A DNA stretch of 64,000 nt from Spirochaetaceae bacterium (GTDB lineage Bacteria; Spirochaetota; Spirochaetia; DSM-2461). The DNA lies in NCBI GenBank assembly GCA_965224705.1, contig OZ245056.1, forward strand, positions 768,001 through 832,000, read 5' to 3'. Below are positions 39,699 through 49,860 of this stretch, one piece after another; position 1 is the first letter of the stretch, and the number at the start of each line of letters is the position of its first letter. A program made the position numbers and the translations under genes. The notes under the pieces were generated by a model that worked only from the letters and a program-made list of their open reading frames with translations, made no database searches and was not told where the DNA came from.

Positions 39699-41621
39699 TT
39701 AAGGTGGACTGGCCATTGCAATTCCTGCTGCCGAGATAATTGATTCCACTATTTCGGGATTCAACAATGTACTTATATCGCCAAGATCGGACACATCTTT
39801 TTCGGCCACTTTCCTTAAGATTCTCCGCATGATTTTTCCAGACCGTGTTTTGGGTAATCCATCGACAACCAGTATAATATCCGGGCGCGCCAGGGGCCCA
39901 ATGATCTTGTTAATTGTTGAAACAACCGATTCCTTCATCTTCTCGACATCATGGCTCTCCGCATCACTTTCATAGACAACAAAGGCATAGATGCCCTGTC
40001 CCTTAATCTCATGAGGATAACCAACGACCGCAGATTCATTGACCAGGGGATGCTCATTGATCGCATTCTCAATTTCAGCCGTACCCAGACGGTGACCGGA
40101 AACATTGATTACATCATCCACCCGGCCCAGTATGCGGTAATAACCGTCTTCATCACGTCTGCATCCATCGCCTGTAAAATACAAATTCTTATACGAGGAG
40201 AAATATGTCTTACGGCATCTCTCATGGTCGCCATAGGTTGTACGCAATATACCGGGCCATGGATACTTGATGCAGAGGTTTCCTTCCACGCCGTTACCCT
40301 TTAGTTCGTTTCCGGCATCATCCACCAGCAGGGGCTGGATTCCTGGAAGCGGCATTGTTGCACAGGTGGGTTTTGTGGGTGTAATTCCAGGCAGGGGAGA
40401 AATCATAACACCCCCTGTTTCAGTTTGCCACCAGGTATCGACGATGGGACATTTGTTCTTACCCACATGATCGTGATACCAATGCCATGCTTCTTCATTG
40501 ATGGGTTCACCAACGGTTCCGATAACTCTCAGGGAGCTCAGATTACTTCTCTGGACATATTCCAGACCCCGGGCCTGCAATGCCCTGATAGCGGTGGGTG
40601 CTGTATAAAACTGATTGACCCCGTATTTCTCCACAACTTCCCAGAATCGGCCTGCATCGGGAAAGGTTGGTACCCCCTCAAACATCAGGGTGGTTGCCCC
40701 TGAAAGCAGCGGCCCATAGATAATGTAGCTGTGCCCTGTAATCCAGCCGATATCAGCCGTACACCAGAAAATATCTCCGGAATTGTACTGGAAGACGTTT
40801 CTGAATGTATATTGACTGTAGACCATGTAGCCGCCCGTTGTATGAACAACTCCCTTTGGTTTACCTGTTGAGCCACTTGTATAAAGGATGAACAGCAGAT
40901 CCTCGCTATCCATCACCTCTGCCTCATTTTCACTTGAGACACCGGCAATAACTTCATCCCACCAGACATCCCTTCCGGTCTTCATGGTGATCGAACAGCC
41001 AGTTCGCTTCAATACAATGCAGCGTTTCACACAGGGTGTTGTCTCAAGGGCTTCATCGACAATCTTTTTGATCTCCAGTATTTTGCTTCCTCTGTATCCT
41101 CCATCACTGGTGATGACTGTGCTTGCGTTCGCATCGTTGATTCTATCGGCCAGAGCTTTGGCGGAAAATCCCGCAAAGACAACGGAATGAACAGCTCCAA
41201 TCCTTGCACAGGCCAGCATGGCAATTGCAGACTCCGGCACCATTGGCATGTAGAGTACAACCCGGTCTCCCTTCCTGACACCCTGCTTCAACAATCCATT
41301 TGAAAATCGGCAGACTTCGTCAAATAATTCTTTGTATGTAAGCCTGCGGCCTTCTTCCCCGGGATCATTGGGTTCCCAGATAATGGCAGTCTGTTTCCCA
41401 AGTGTGAAGAGGTTGCGTTCAAAGATGTTCTCAGTGATGTTGAGTTTTCCATTCTTAAACCATTCCACTTCAGGCTTTTCAAAATCCCATTTCAGGACTT
41501 CATCCCATTTCTTCCTCCAGTGAAAATCCTCTGCTATAGCAGCCCAGAATGATTCCGGGTCAGCAATGCTTTTCTGATATTCATGGATGTATCCACCCAA
41601 ACTGCTTATTCTTGAAGCCAT
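39699..41621 (-). CDS. acs: Acetate--CoA ligase
   Basis: YTSGSTGKPKG, DTWWQTETG and PKTRSGKIMRR motifs. Confidence 0.96.
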   Translation of the reverse strand: MASRISSLGGYIHEYQKSIADPESFWAAIAEDFHWRKKWDEVLKWDFEKPEVEWFKNGKLNITENIFERNLFTLGKQTAIIWEPNDPGEEGRRLTYKELFDEVCRFSNGLLKQGVRKGDRVVLYMPMVPESAIAMLACARIGAVHSVVFAGFSAKALADRINDANASTVITSDGGYRGSKILEIKKIVDEALETTPCVKRCIVLKRTGCSITMKTGRDVWWDEVIAGVSSENEAEVMDSEDLLFILYTSGSTGKPKGVVHTTGGYMVYSQYTFRNVFQYNSGDIFWCTADIGWITGHSYIIYGPLLSGATTLMFEGVPTFPDAGRFWEVVEKYGVNQFYTAPTAIRALQARGLEYVQRSNLSSLRVIGTVGEPINEEAWHWYHDHVGKNKCPIVDTWWQTETGGVMISPLPGITPTKPTCATMPLPGIQPLLVDDAGNELKGNGVEGNLCIKYPWPGILRTTYGDHERCRKTYFSSYKNLYFTGDGCRRDEDGYYRILGRVDDVINVSGHRLGTAEIENAINEHPLVNESAVVGYPHEIKGQGIYAFVVYESDAESHDVEKMKESVVSTINKIIGPLARPDIILVVDGLPKTRSGKIMRRILRKVAEKDVSDLGDISTLLNPEIVESIISAAGIAMASPP

Positions 41622-41785
41622 ATCTACTCCTTCGAACCTGTCTTTTTACAATTCAACTTCTGCTGAATCACTCTGCCTTTCCCAAGCAGAGTAATGGATA
41701 AAACAAATCCCATCAATAAAACTTATGATAAAAATTGGAATGTCCTCTATCGACCCAATCATGTATTGATCTGTTATGGTTTACA

Positions 41786-41899
41786 GAGTGTCAGAAAGCT
41801 TGTTAAATGGAAAAACATTTCTTTAGTACGACTGTTTTGATGACTTAGAACCCTGCAATTACCCGGAACAGTGGGAATTCAACAAGCTTTCTGACACTC
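41786..41899. mobile_element. 114 bp MITE with perfect 19 bp IRs (GAGTGTCAGAAAGCTTGTT)
   Basis: GAGTGTCAGAAAGCTTGTT...AACAAGCTTTCTGACACTC; same ends as the element at 44676-45934. Confidence 0.85.
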
Positions 41900-41925
41900 G
41901 CTAAGGCTAACAATCTGGTGCGCGG

Positions 41926-42759
41926 CTACCTGGCGGCAATACAGACAATACCCGTAATCGCCATAATAAATCCAGCCAGTCTCAACACTCCCATATTCTC
42001 GTGGAATACAATTTTTTGAAGCAAAACTGTTGGAGCCGGGTAAAGAGCAACAAGTGTTGATGCAACGATGAGCAGCCCTGATCGTGTTGCAAGCAGGAAG
42101 AGAATATTAGCCCCCATGTCGAGAATACCTGCCCCCAGAGTCGCAATCCTTGTTCCCGAAGCAAGTATCAAAGGTTGACGGCGAACTAATGCCAGTAATA
42201 GAAGAGCTGGCACTCCGGCTGTTCGAGCCGCGAGGAGCGGCAGAAGACCGGAATCGTCTCCGCTCCGGGAAATAAGAATGAAAAACCCTCCAAAACCCAG
42301 CCCGGAAATGAATCCGCTGCACAGGGAGTCTTTTACAGAATGACCAGAGTAGTCTCTTTCCATGGCAAGCAGTACTGTAGCAGGGACAGCCAGTCCCACT
42401 CCCATCCAATCCAATAAATCAGGACGTTCCCCGACGAAAACTCCAAACAGAACCGGTAAAATGGTTCCGATTACAGCAGAAACCGGAGAAACAATGGCCG
42501 CCAATCCTGTCGATAATCCATGGTAAAGAAATCCAATACCTGCCGATCCTGCCATACCCGCGGCCATTCCCCAGATCCAGGAATCCAGAGACAAATGAAA
42601 CGACCCCAGAAGTGGCTGAACAGCCAGAACCGTTACAGCACCCATGAACTGGGACCAGATTACAACAGAAAGAATGGGACTTCGCCGTGCTGCCAATCCT
42701 CCAGTAAAATCAGCACAGCCATAGAATAGCGAAGAAAGAACGGCAAAAACTACAGTCAC
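41926..42759 (-). CDS. EamA/DMT family transporter
   Basis: About 10 TM helices in a duplicated EamA pattern; YG.ADF.GG and LYPA.TV motifs. Confidence 0.88.
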   Translation of the reverse strand: MTVVFAVLSSLFYGCADFTGGLAARRSPILSVVIWSQFMGAVTVLAVQPLLGSFHLSLDSWIWGMAAGMAGSAGIGFLYHGLSTGLAAIVSPVSAVIGTILPVLFGVFVGERPDLLDWMGVGLAVPATVLLAMERDYSGHSVKDSLCSGFISGLGFGGFFILISRSGDDSGLLPLLAARTAGVPALLLLALVRRQPLILASGTRIATLGAGILDMGANILFLLATRSGLLIVASTLVALYPAPTVLLQKIVFHENMGVLRLAGFIMAITGIVCIAAR

Positions 42760-42941
42760 TCAAATCCTCCATGATGAACGCAGCTGAAAGACAGTACTAT
42801 GGTCACTTGTTTCACACAGTAGACAGATTCAAAGAACTGGACAGGGATGTATCTTCCGGACACGAACGAGTGCTCACGAATTAAGTTTGAGTCGGCGGCA
42901 TTCAATGCCGGTAACTGTCAATCTCTCAAACAGGAGACTAG

Positions 42942-43103
42942 GAGTCTGTCGGACTTTAAGGCTTCGAGGCGATTTTTGATGATTTTTTCCTGATGCAAGG
43001 CGACAAAAACTTAAGCGTAGCTGGGCTACGTGAGTATTTTGGCAACGCAGCAGCAGGGAAAAAGGGCAAAAATCGAGCCGTGAGGCGTAAGTCCGACAGA
43101 CTC
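42942..43103. mobile_element. 162 bp MITE, family B (IR GAGTCTGTCGGACTT), CTAG target duplication
   Basis: Perfect 15 bp IR; CTAG at 42938-42941 and 43104-43107; near-identical copy at 58239. Confidence 0.9.
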
Positions 43104-44096
43104 CTAGATCTCTTCCCATTCCCCGCTGCCTCCAGAGCGGAATGCAGCGTCAATGATCTTCATATTTGCAATACTGTCGGAACCGGGAATCGAAGCAGTA
43201 CCACCGTTCCGGAATGATTCAGTGAAGTCTTCAAGCATCAGCCTGTACTGATCTGCCGGACCACAGTGCACCTCCCTCTGACTACTGCCATCATCGATAG
43301 CAAGAAGAAGCGGAACGTCGGGGTGAGCATTAAATGGCCGTATAACCTCCAGGGAACCCCTGCTTCCGAACACTGAAACCTTCTGACGAGGAGTCATTCT
43401 TGTAGAAACAGTAAATACAGTCTTTGAACTGCCAAAATCCATTATAGCCGAACAGAGGGTGTCAACATTGGTTACAGCATCGTACTTAATATCTGCGAGA
43501 ACCCGATCTGGTTCCTGGTTCAGGAGAAATCGTGCTGAAGAGATGGCATAACAGCCAATGTCATAAAGAGCGCCGCCGCCAAGATCCCTTTGATTACGAA
43601 TGTTCCGGGGATCATTGTTTGAAAAACTAAAAATTGTATGAATGGACATAATCTCACCGATTTCTCCCGCATTCAGTACTTCTCGAGCTTTTACCCACTG
43701 GGGGTGGAAGCGGTACATAAAGGCCTCCATGGCCAGAACACCTTTCTTTTCAGCGTATTCAAAAGCGTCAGCAGCTTCGACAGCATTCATCGTTATGGGT
43801 TTTTCGCAGAGTACAGCCTTTCCAGCATCAACACATCTCCTGATCCACTCAGCGTGGACACTGTTTGGGAGAGGAATGTATACGGCTTCCACATCCGGGT
43901 CATCAATAACTTCCTGATAGGAACCGTAAGCCCTCTTGAATCCCCATTTCTCAGCAGCTTTCTGAGCACGTACAAGCGTACGGGAACCAAGGGAGATGGG
44001 GTCTATCAGATATGAATCTGTAATTGATTTGTGCATGCGAAGACCATAATGGCCGGAAACTCCGAGGACACCAAGTTTTAAGGGCTGCATATTCAC
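43104..44096 (-). CDS. Gfo/Idh/MocA oxidoreductase
   Basis: YIPLPN..H, LCEKP, EAFMYRFHPQ and GGGALYDIGCY motifs. Confidence 0.9.
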   Translation of the reverse strand: MNMQPLKLGVLGVSGHYGLRMHKSITDSYLIDPISLGSRTLVRAQKAAEKWGFKRAYGSYQEVIDDPDVEAVYIPLPNSVHAEWIRRCVDAGKAVLCEKPITMNAVEAADAFEYAEKKGVLAMEAFMYRFHPQWVKAREVLNAGEIGEIMSIHTIFSFSNNDPRNIRNQRDLGGGALYDIGCYAISSARFLLNQEPDRVLADIKYDAVTNVDTLCSAIMDFGSSKTVFTVSTRMTPRQKVSVFGSRGSLEVIRPFNAHPDVPLLLAIDDGSSQREVHCGPADQYRLMLEDFTESFRNGGTASIPGSDSIANMKIIDAAFRSGGSGEWEEI

Positions 44097-44247
44097 TCCT
44101 TCCGGGAATCAGTCGTTCTCAATTCCCGATCAACGTTGATTGTAGCAGAGAAATAGAATCATAGATATGAACTTTGTGAAAGTCTTCTGGACAGGTTTTT
44201 CTGCATGAAGTCATGCATTCCTGCTGAATTGAAGCTGCTCTCACCCT

Positions 44248-44580
44248 TCAGTTATCCAGATTAATTCCGGCAAGTTCGGCCAGCATATTGACCGCTTCAT
44301 CTTTCATCTTCACTTTTGTTTTCTTGACAGCCTTGCGTATGACAGGGCCCCATTGCTTCTGTGGAATATCTTCTTTCAACTCTTCAAGAAGTACCAGAAT
44401 ATTCTCACTCATATTTATGTTGTAGATCTTTTCAGCATCATAAAAGAAGGCTTCATCAAGAAGGTTGATGAAGTCGCCTGCCGTTCGAGAATCCCGTTGA
44501 CTTTTACGTTCGAGAACCATCATCTTTTTTCTGGACTTTTTTATCTCACGATTTCTTCGTTCCAAATCTGTGCTTTTCAT
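44248..44580 (-). CDS. Hypothetical protein
   Basis: Plausible ORF with a GGAG RBS before ATG 44580 and a basic N-terminus. Confidence 0.65.
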   Translation of the reverse strand: MKSTDLERRNREIKKSRKKMMVLERKSQRDSRTAGDFINLLDEAFFYDAEKIYNINMSENILVLLEELKEDIPQKQWGPVIRKAVKKTKVKMKDEAVNMLAELAGINLDN

Positions 44581-44675
44581 AGCGGTTTCTCCCAATCGTT
44601 AGTAGTAAGGATACTTGACCAGGCATTCTTTTTTCAATGGGACGTCAGTAGTTGGAAGAAGTTTTATCCCCATAA

Positions 44676-45934
44676 GAGTGTCAGAAAGCCTGTAAAACCT
44701 CCTTCAACCCATTCCGGGAGTCCAATCTCCTCCTAAACCTTCACATACAGCGGATCATAACGGCCGGATTCCACTCCCGGATTACGCCACTCACACAGCC
44801 AGGTTTTCTTCTCTGCCACACCCAGATTGACCTTGCTCAAAAAGGCCCTCTTCAACCAGTACCTGTTCACTGCCTTGCGAAGTTTCTTCCTGGTGATCCC
44901 GGCCTTCTCAGCATGAGTTGTGTCCTTCTTCTTCCGGGCCTCCTTCACCCGCCATGGAATCATGCAGTTGTGGTAGTGACGATAAAGAACAAATCGTATC
45001 ATCATCGCAGCGGGAGATTTGGCAAACTTGACCGTCTCCCTGACATGATCTGAAATATCTTTTCTGATCTGACGGTCAATGTAGTTAATAGGAAACATCG
45101 GGTTATCCATGGTTCTGGCCGACCTTGAAGATGTCATGACCCGGATGAAGAAGTGGAGAAAATGCTCGGTTTTCGCAAAGGCCCGGGTGTATGCCCTGTG
45201 CATATCCGTGAAGAGAAGCTTATGCACAACCTTTTTCTTCATAAGGAATTGAATCAAATCTTCTGTCAGACTTCTCACCGATTTCTCAATGGCCCCGGGA
45301 TCCGCCCTGCCCCGGGCCTCCAGCTTTTTTCGGATCAATTTCTGACGGGAAGTCATTCTTCCTTTCCTCCTGAGATTGGCAAACCCGGTCTCATAGATGA
45401 ACTCGGACTCACTTCCGGCAAAGATGTTGATGTGGTTGGGATAGTATTGAGAGAAGGAAAAGGACTCCAGTCCATCGGCGGCCATGGATTCCCTCATGGG
45501 GAGTTTTTTCAACAGCCGGGCATGGATTGCCATGGCGGAACGGGCCAATCTTTCGCATCGGTTCTGTACCGTATCGGAAGAAACCTCCAGATGACGGCTG
45601 ATGTCATTCACACCGGAAGAGGTCACCAGATGTTGGAAAAGTTCCTCGTAGTCGATGACTTTTTTCGCATAGTAATCGATTGAAAAAGTCTGGGAGGAAA
45701 AGGTTCTTTTGCAGTCATTGCAAATGTAGCGCTGGACTGTTCCAAATGCTTCTGTGTGGTAGGAACTATGTATCGAAAACCAGTTTTTTTGCTTCGGGGC
45801 ACTGAAATGGATACATTTCGGGTTGGGGCAGTGGGGGAATAACATGGTCAAACTCCTTTATAAATTGTTTTCTTACTATGTTATAACGAGCCTGACAGGA
45901 GTTTTTTGCTGCATTAACAAGCTTTCTGACACTG
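44676..45934 (-). mobile_element. ~1.26 kb IS-like element with ~20 bp terminal IRs
   Basis: AGTGTCAGAAAGCCTGTAAA at 44677 and TTAACAAGCTTTCTGACACT ending at 45933 tightly enclose one transposase-like ORF. Confidence 0.8.
44733..45845 (-). CDS. Putative transposase (IS1-like Zn ribbon, HTH and RNase H-type core)
   Basis: CPNPKC...QRYICNDCKRTF, HTH (ISRHLEVSSDTV), ADGLES, FTDMHRAY and NYIDRQIR; AAGGAG RBS before ATG 45845. Confidence 0.75.
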   Translation of the reverse strand: MLFPHCPNPKCIHFSAPKQKNWFSIHSSYHTEAFGTVQRYICNDCKRTFSSQTFSIDYYAKKVIDYEELFQHLVTSSGVNDISRHLEVSSDTVQNRCERLARSAMAIHARLLKKLPMRESMAADGLESFSFSQYYPNHINIFAGSESEFIYETGFANLRRKGRMTSRQKLIRKKLEARGRADPGAIEKSVRSLTEDLIQFLMKKKVVHKLLFTDMHRAYTRAFAKTEHFLHFFIRVMTSSRSARTMDNPMFPINYIDRQIRKDISDHVRETVKFAKSPAAMMIRFVLYRHYHNCMIPWRVKEARKKKDTTHAEKAGITRKKLRKAVNRYWLKRAFLSKVNLGVAEKKTWLCEWRNPGVESGRYDPLYVKV

Positions 45935-45977
45935 GTTAAGGGATAGGAAGAAACATGACATTATGGCACGATGAGTC

Positions 45978-46787
45978 ATGGTTGCTTTTCGCCGCCCGGG
46001 AATTATGGGTATTATAAACTGCACTCCAGACTCTTTTTATGCAGGCAGCAGATCAATGGAGCATTCAGAGATTCTTAAAACTGCCAAAAAGATGATTGAG
46101 GAGGGCGTGGATATCATTGATATTGGTGGTGAATCTACAAGACCGGGTGCCGTCAGTGTTGATGCGGAGGAACAGATTTCCCGTGTAATACCATCAATTC
46201 ACTCAATTCGAGATTGTTCATCCGCAGAAATCTCCATTGATACTCAAAGCTCTGTTGTGGCTGAAGCGGCATTGAATGCCGGTGCGACTATAATCAATGA
46301 TATTTCAGCGTTGCGGTCTGATCCCGGGATGACTGAACTGGCAGCGGAACGGGGCGTGAAGGTCGTTCTCATGCACATGCAGGGTTCTCCTGCGACGATG
46401 CAGGATCATCCCTACTATGATGATGTTGTTCTGGAAGTCAGAGATTTTTTTCTCAAAGCTGTCGACTATGGGATGTCCAGGGGAATCAGGGAAGACTGCA
46501 TCATTCTCGATCCAGGTATTGGGTTTGGCAAGAGGTTTGAAGACAATATGACCTTACTCCGTAAACTCCCGGATATAAGGGTTGACGCATTTCCAATTCT
46601 GGTGGGATTGAGCAGGAAGTCCTTCCTTGGAACCATTCTTGGAAATGATGCCGACAGACTGGCCGGTACTCTGGCTGCTCATGGATGGTGCCTCGCTCAG
46701 GGGGTTGATTTCGTAAGGGTTCATGATGTGAAAGAAACCAGAGATCTCATCAATGTTTGGGAGGCACTGGCATGCAGTTCCTCATAG
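45978..46787 (+). CDS. folP: Dihydropteroate synthase
   Basis: MGIINCTPDSF, GGESTRPG, DPGIGFGK, SRKS and RVHDV motifs. Confidence 0.96.
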   Translation: MVAFRRPGIMGIINCTPDSFYAGSRSMEHSEILKTAKKMIEEGVDIIDIGGESTRPGAVSVDAEEQISRVIPSIHSIRDCSSAEISIDTQSSVVAEAALNAGATIINDISALRSDPGMTELAAERGVKVVLMHMQGSPATMQDHPYYDDVVLEVRDFFLKAVDYGMSRGIREDCIILDPGIGFGKRFEDNMTLLRKLPDIRVDAFPILVGLSRKSFLGTILGNDADRLAGTLAAHGWCLAQGVDFVRVHDVKETRDLINVWEALACSSS

Positions 46788-47566
46788 ATCTCCCTTTTTT
46801 CAACAACTTCTTGTTGCCAGTACTGGATATTTTTCTTCTGGCCTACCTCCTTTACAGATTATACATATTACTGGAGGAAACGCGGGCAATTCAACTCCTG
46901 CGCGGTGCTGTCATCCTGGCTTTTATCTATGCCGTAGCCTGGGGGTTTCAATTGTCTGCCCTGCTGTGGATTCTTGAACTAATAGCTCCGGGACTTTTTA
47001 TCGGTGTTGCCATTGTTTTTCAGCCGGAATTACGCAACATTGTTTCCAGAATTGGTCAGAGGGAGTTATTCAAAGGAAAGGTACGGCAGAAGCCATTACA
47101 GATTGATGCGGTTCTCAATGCTGCTGAATTACTGGCTGATAGAAAACGAGGAGCTCTTGTTGTATTTGGAAGGAAGGTAGGATTAAAGGGAATCATCGAT
47201 ACCGGAACCCTGTTGAATGCCGATTTATCATCGTATTTGATTCTTACGGTCTTTGGTCATGATGGACCCTTACATGATGGAGCTATGATTATACAGGGAG
47301 GCCGTGTTACGGCAGCAAGTTGTTTTCTGCCATTATCAAATCAGTCCGATATAAGGAGTTCCTTTGGAACCCGTCATCGTGCCGCATTAGGAATGGCCGA
47401 AGAAACTGATGCCCTGATTCTGGTGGTATCCGAAGAAAGTGGTGCCCTGTCACTTGCTTATGATGGCAATATTTTCTACAACCTGGGAAGTGATGAAATC
47501 CGGCAGCGTTTGAATTCATTGCTGGGCATGAATTTGACGGATAGAGTGAAGGATGATAAGAAATGA
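46772..47566 (+). CDS. cdaA: Diadenylate cyclase CdaA
   Basis: 3 TM helices, FQPELR, LHDGA and GTRHRAA motifs. Confidence 0.94.
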   Translation: MQFLIDLPFFNNFLLPVLDIFLLAYLLYRLYILLEETRAIQLLRGAVILAFIYAVAWGFQLSALLWILELIAPGLFIGVAIVFQPELRNIVSRIGQRELFKGKVRQKPLQIDAVLNAAELLADRKRGALVVFGRKVGLKGIIDTGTLLNADLSSYLILTVFGHDGPLHDGAMIIQGGRVTAASCFLPLSNQSDIRSSFGTRHRAALGMAEETDALILVVSEESGALSLAYDGNIFYNLGSDEIRQRLNSLLGMNLTDRVKDDKK

Positions 47567-48648
47567 GAATGTCAATTCTTCGCCGTTTTGTCCTTCATCG
47601 ATGGTCAAGCAAAATAATCTGTGCCGGATTGGCAATCCTTCTATATCTTCTGTTCCGTGTTAATACTCAAACCGAACGTGAAATCACCATTCCCCTTGAA
47701 GTGATAACACCCAGGGGATTGATTGTCAGTTCTGATTATCCGCGGAGCATCAATATCACTCTGAGGGGTAATGAGAACGATGTGAAAGGTGTCCTTCCAG
47801 ATGATATTGAGGCTTTCATCAATCTTCTCCCCTATTCGGAGGAAGGGGAGTATCAGCGCCTTATCGAAATTCGTAAGAAGGGAACAGCCCTCCAGCCAGA
47901 AGCATTGGAACTGCGTTCTCGGCCAAGGGAATTATCTCTTACCATTGAGAAGCAAGTCATGCGCTCACTGGTTGTTCGGCCAGAGTTGTCTGGTATCCCG
48001 GCTCTGGGCTACAGCCTGACTCAGTCTTTTATATCACCTTCATCTGTAACGGTTGTGGGACCTCAAAGTCAGATGGCCAATTTAACGGAACTCACCACCG
48101 AGATGATCGATCTTTCAGGCCGTCTTAAGAATTTCACTGTAACGACTCGTATAGTCAGCCCCTCTCCTCAAATTGAACTGCCCGGTGGTAGAATCGTTGA
48201 ATTTCGCGGAGTTATTGATGAAGTTGTAATAATTCGGACAATTGAGGACCAGGAATTGATTGTTTTCGACCTTCCTGATGGTCTGAGAATTACAGAAGAA
48301 CTCCCCCGCGTGCGCTTAACTCTGCAGGGAAACCAGTTGGCTGTGGAGGGAGTAAGACCTCAGGATATGACCTTTTTTCTTGATGGTTCCCGTATCAGCA
48401 GTCCCGGGTCATATACACTTCCTCTTGCGATGGATATTCCTCCCGGTCTGGCTGTTCTGACGCTTGTCCCCCGTGAGGTTGAAATTCAAGTGGTACAGAC
48501 CCGGCCGGATGTTTCTGAGGAAAATGTCCCGGCATTGACGACGCCTCAGAATACCAGGCAGATTTCAGATACTGCGCAGCCCTTTGGAACAGCAGGACTG
48601 CCGGATTATGCACCAGCAATTGATGCAGCAGAAGGGAATGATCAATGA
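47563..48648 (+). CDS. cdaR: CdaR/YbbR domain protein
   Basis: N-terminal TM, YbbR repeats (P..VTV.GP); follows cdaA. Confidence 0.85.
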   Translation: MRMSILRRFVLHRWSSKIICAGLAILLYLLFRVNTQTEREITIPLEVITPRGLIVSSDYPRSINITLRGNENDVKGVLPDDIEAFINLLPYSEEGEYQRLIEIRKKGTALQPEALELRSRPRELSLTIEKQVMRSLVVRPELSGIPALGYSLTQSFISPSSVTVVGPQSQMANLTELTTEMIDLSGRLKNFTVTTRIVSPSPQIELPGGRIVEFRGVIDEVVIIRTIEDQELIVFDLPDGLRITEELPRVRLTLQGNQLAVEGVRPQDMTFFLDGSRISSPGSYTLPLAMDIPPGLAVLTLVPREVEIQVVQTRPDVSEENVPALTTPQNTRQISDTAQPFGTAGLPDYAPAIDAAEGNDQ

Positions 48649-49031
48649 TCGTGGGAATTGGATTGGACGTTGTAACAGTTTCAAGGATTGCCGGATGGCT
48701 GGATGTGCCGCCGCTTTGTGAACGCTACTTTCATGAAGATGAATTGAAGGCTGTGTATTCCCGGGGAGCCGATGCACCGGCCTCTCTGGCAGCAAGATTT
48801 GCCGCAAAGGAGGCATTTGCAAAAGCCCTTGGAACAGGATTTACTGGATTGCGATTACGTGATATTCGTGTAGTGAATGAGCAGTTTAACCGCCCGATTC
48901 TCGTCCTGAAAGGCAGCGCACGGGCTGGAATTGAGCGGCTGGGCGTCGATAACGTGCATGTATCTCTAACTCATGAGGAGAATCTGGCTGCTGCACAAGT
49001 AATACTGGAGGCAGTTAATGGACAATACTAA
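48645..49031 (+). CDS. acpS: Holo-ACP synthase
   Basis: GIGLDVV, AARFAAKEAFAKALGTG and VSLTH motifs. Confidence 0.95.
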   Translation: MIVGIGLDVVTVSRIAGWLDVPPLCERYFHEDELKAVYSRGADAPASLAARFAAKEAFAKALGTGFTGLRLRDIRVVNEQFNRPILVLKGSARAGIERLGVDNVHVSLTHEENLAAAQVILEAVNGQY

Positions 49032-49860
49032 AGTATCGTTCAGGAAAAAAAATCCAACAATTTGTCCTGTCTGTAAAACTGAGAACTATAAGGAAGAGCT
49101 TCTCACTGGCGGCGGTCGGATGAATGCTGGTGAGCTTACGGATGAACTACATCGGAAATATAACCCAACTAAGAAGTTTGGTGCAGTCTATCCGCTTTTA
49201 TACCCCATAACAGTATGTCCCCGGTGTTGGTTTGCCTCATTTCCACGGCATTTTGAAGCATTGAGTCCGGATATTGTAGAAGAACTGGACAGGGGTCTGA
49301 GTGCAAGAAAAAACCTTATACGGCCTTTGTTTGAAGATGTTGATTTCAGCCGGAACAGAACCTTGAAAGATGGCATCTCATCCTACGTGCTGGCAGCGGC
49401 CTGCTATGATTCTTTCCCTAAATCAATCTCACCTTCAATTCTTCAGGGACTCTGCTTTCTCCGGGCTGCCTGGCTGTCAGATGAACTGCATGAACTGGAG
49501 CCTGATGCAAAGTATGATTATCTGACCAGGATTTTCTACCGGAAGGCTGTGTTTTCATACGGCGAAGCATTGAGAAATCAAGATAATAAATCCGAAAACT
49601 GGGAAGAAATACCCCACCTTGGTCCTGATCTGGATAATAATTATGGTTATGATGGCGTCTACTACCTTGTTGGTGTGCTGCAGTTGAAATATGGAGACCA
49701 GACGGATAGTGACAAGCGGGCAAACTGTTTGAATCTTGCCAGAACAGCTGTTTCGCGTATCGTGGGAATAGGTGAGACATCGAAGGCTAAACCTTCAGCT
49801 TTTCTCGACCTTGGAAGAGAACTGCATAAATCAATAAAAGAAGAGTTGAAGCATCTGTAA
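49018..49860 (+). CDS. DUF2225 family zinc-ribbon/helical protein
   Basis: CPVC...CPRC and LRAAWL motifs; spirochaete-type position between acpS and truA. Confidence 0.75.
   Translation: MDNTKVSFRKKNPTICPVCKTENYKEELLTGGGRMNAGELTDELHRKYNPTKKFGAVYPLLYPITVCPRCWFASFPRHFEALSPDIVEELDRGLSARKNLIRPLFEDVDFSRNRTLKDGISSYVLAAACYDSFPKSISPSILQGLCFLRAAWLSDELHELEPDAKYDYLTRIFYRKAVFSYGEALRNQDNKSENWEEIPHLGPDLDNNYGYDGVYYLVGVLQLKYGDQTDSDKRANCLNLARTAVSRIVGIGETSKAKPSAFLDLGRELHKSIKEELKHL

Noticed and set aside
42760..42937. Riboswitch upstream of the EamA transporter
   Set aside because: Only short hairpins are present; I recognised no aptamer consensus. An Rfam scan would settle it.
42874..43217. Short ORFs across the MITE (also 58060..58341 and 63671..63883)
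   Set aside because: These are translations of the repeat; their mutual similarity comes from the MITE.
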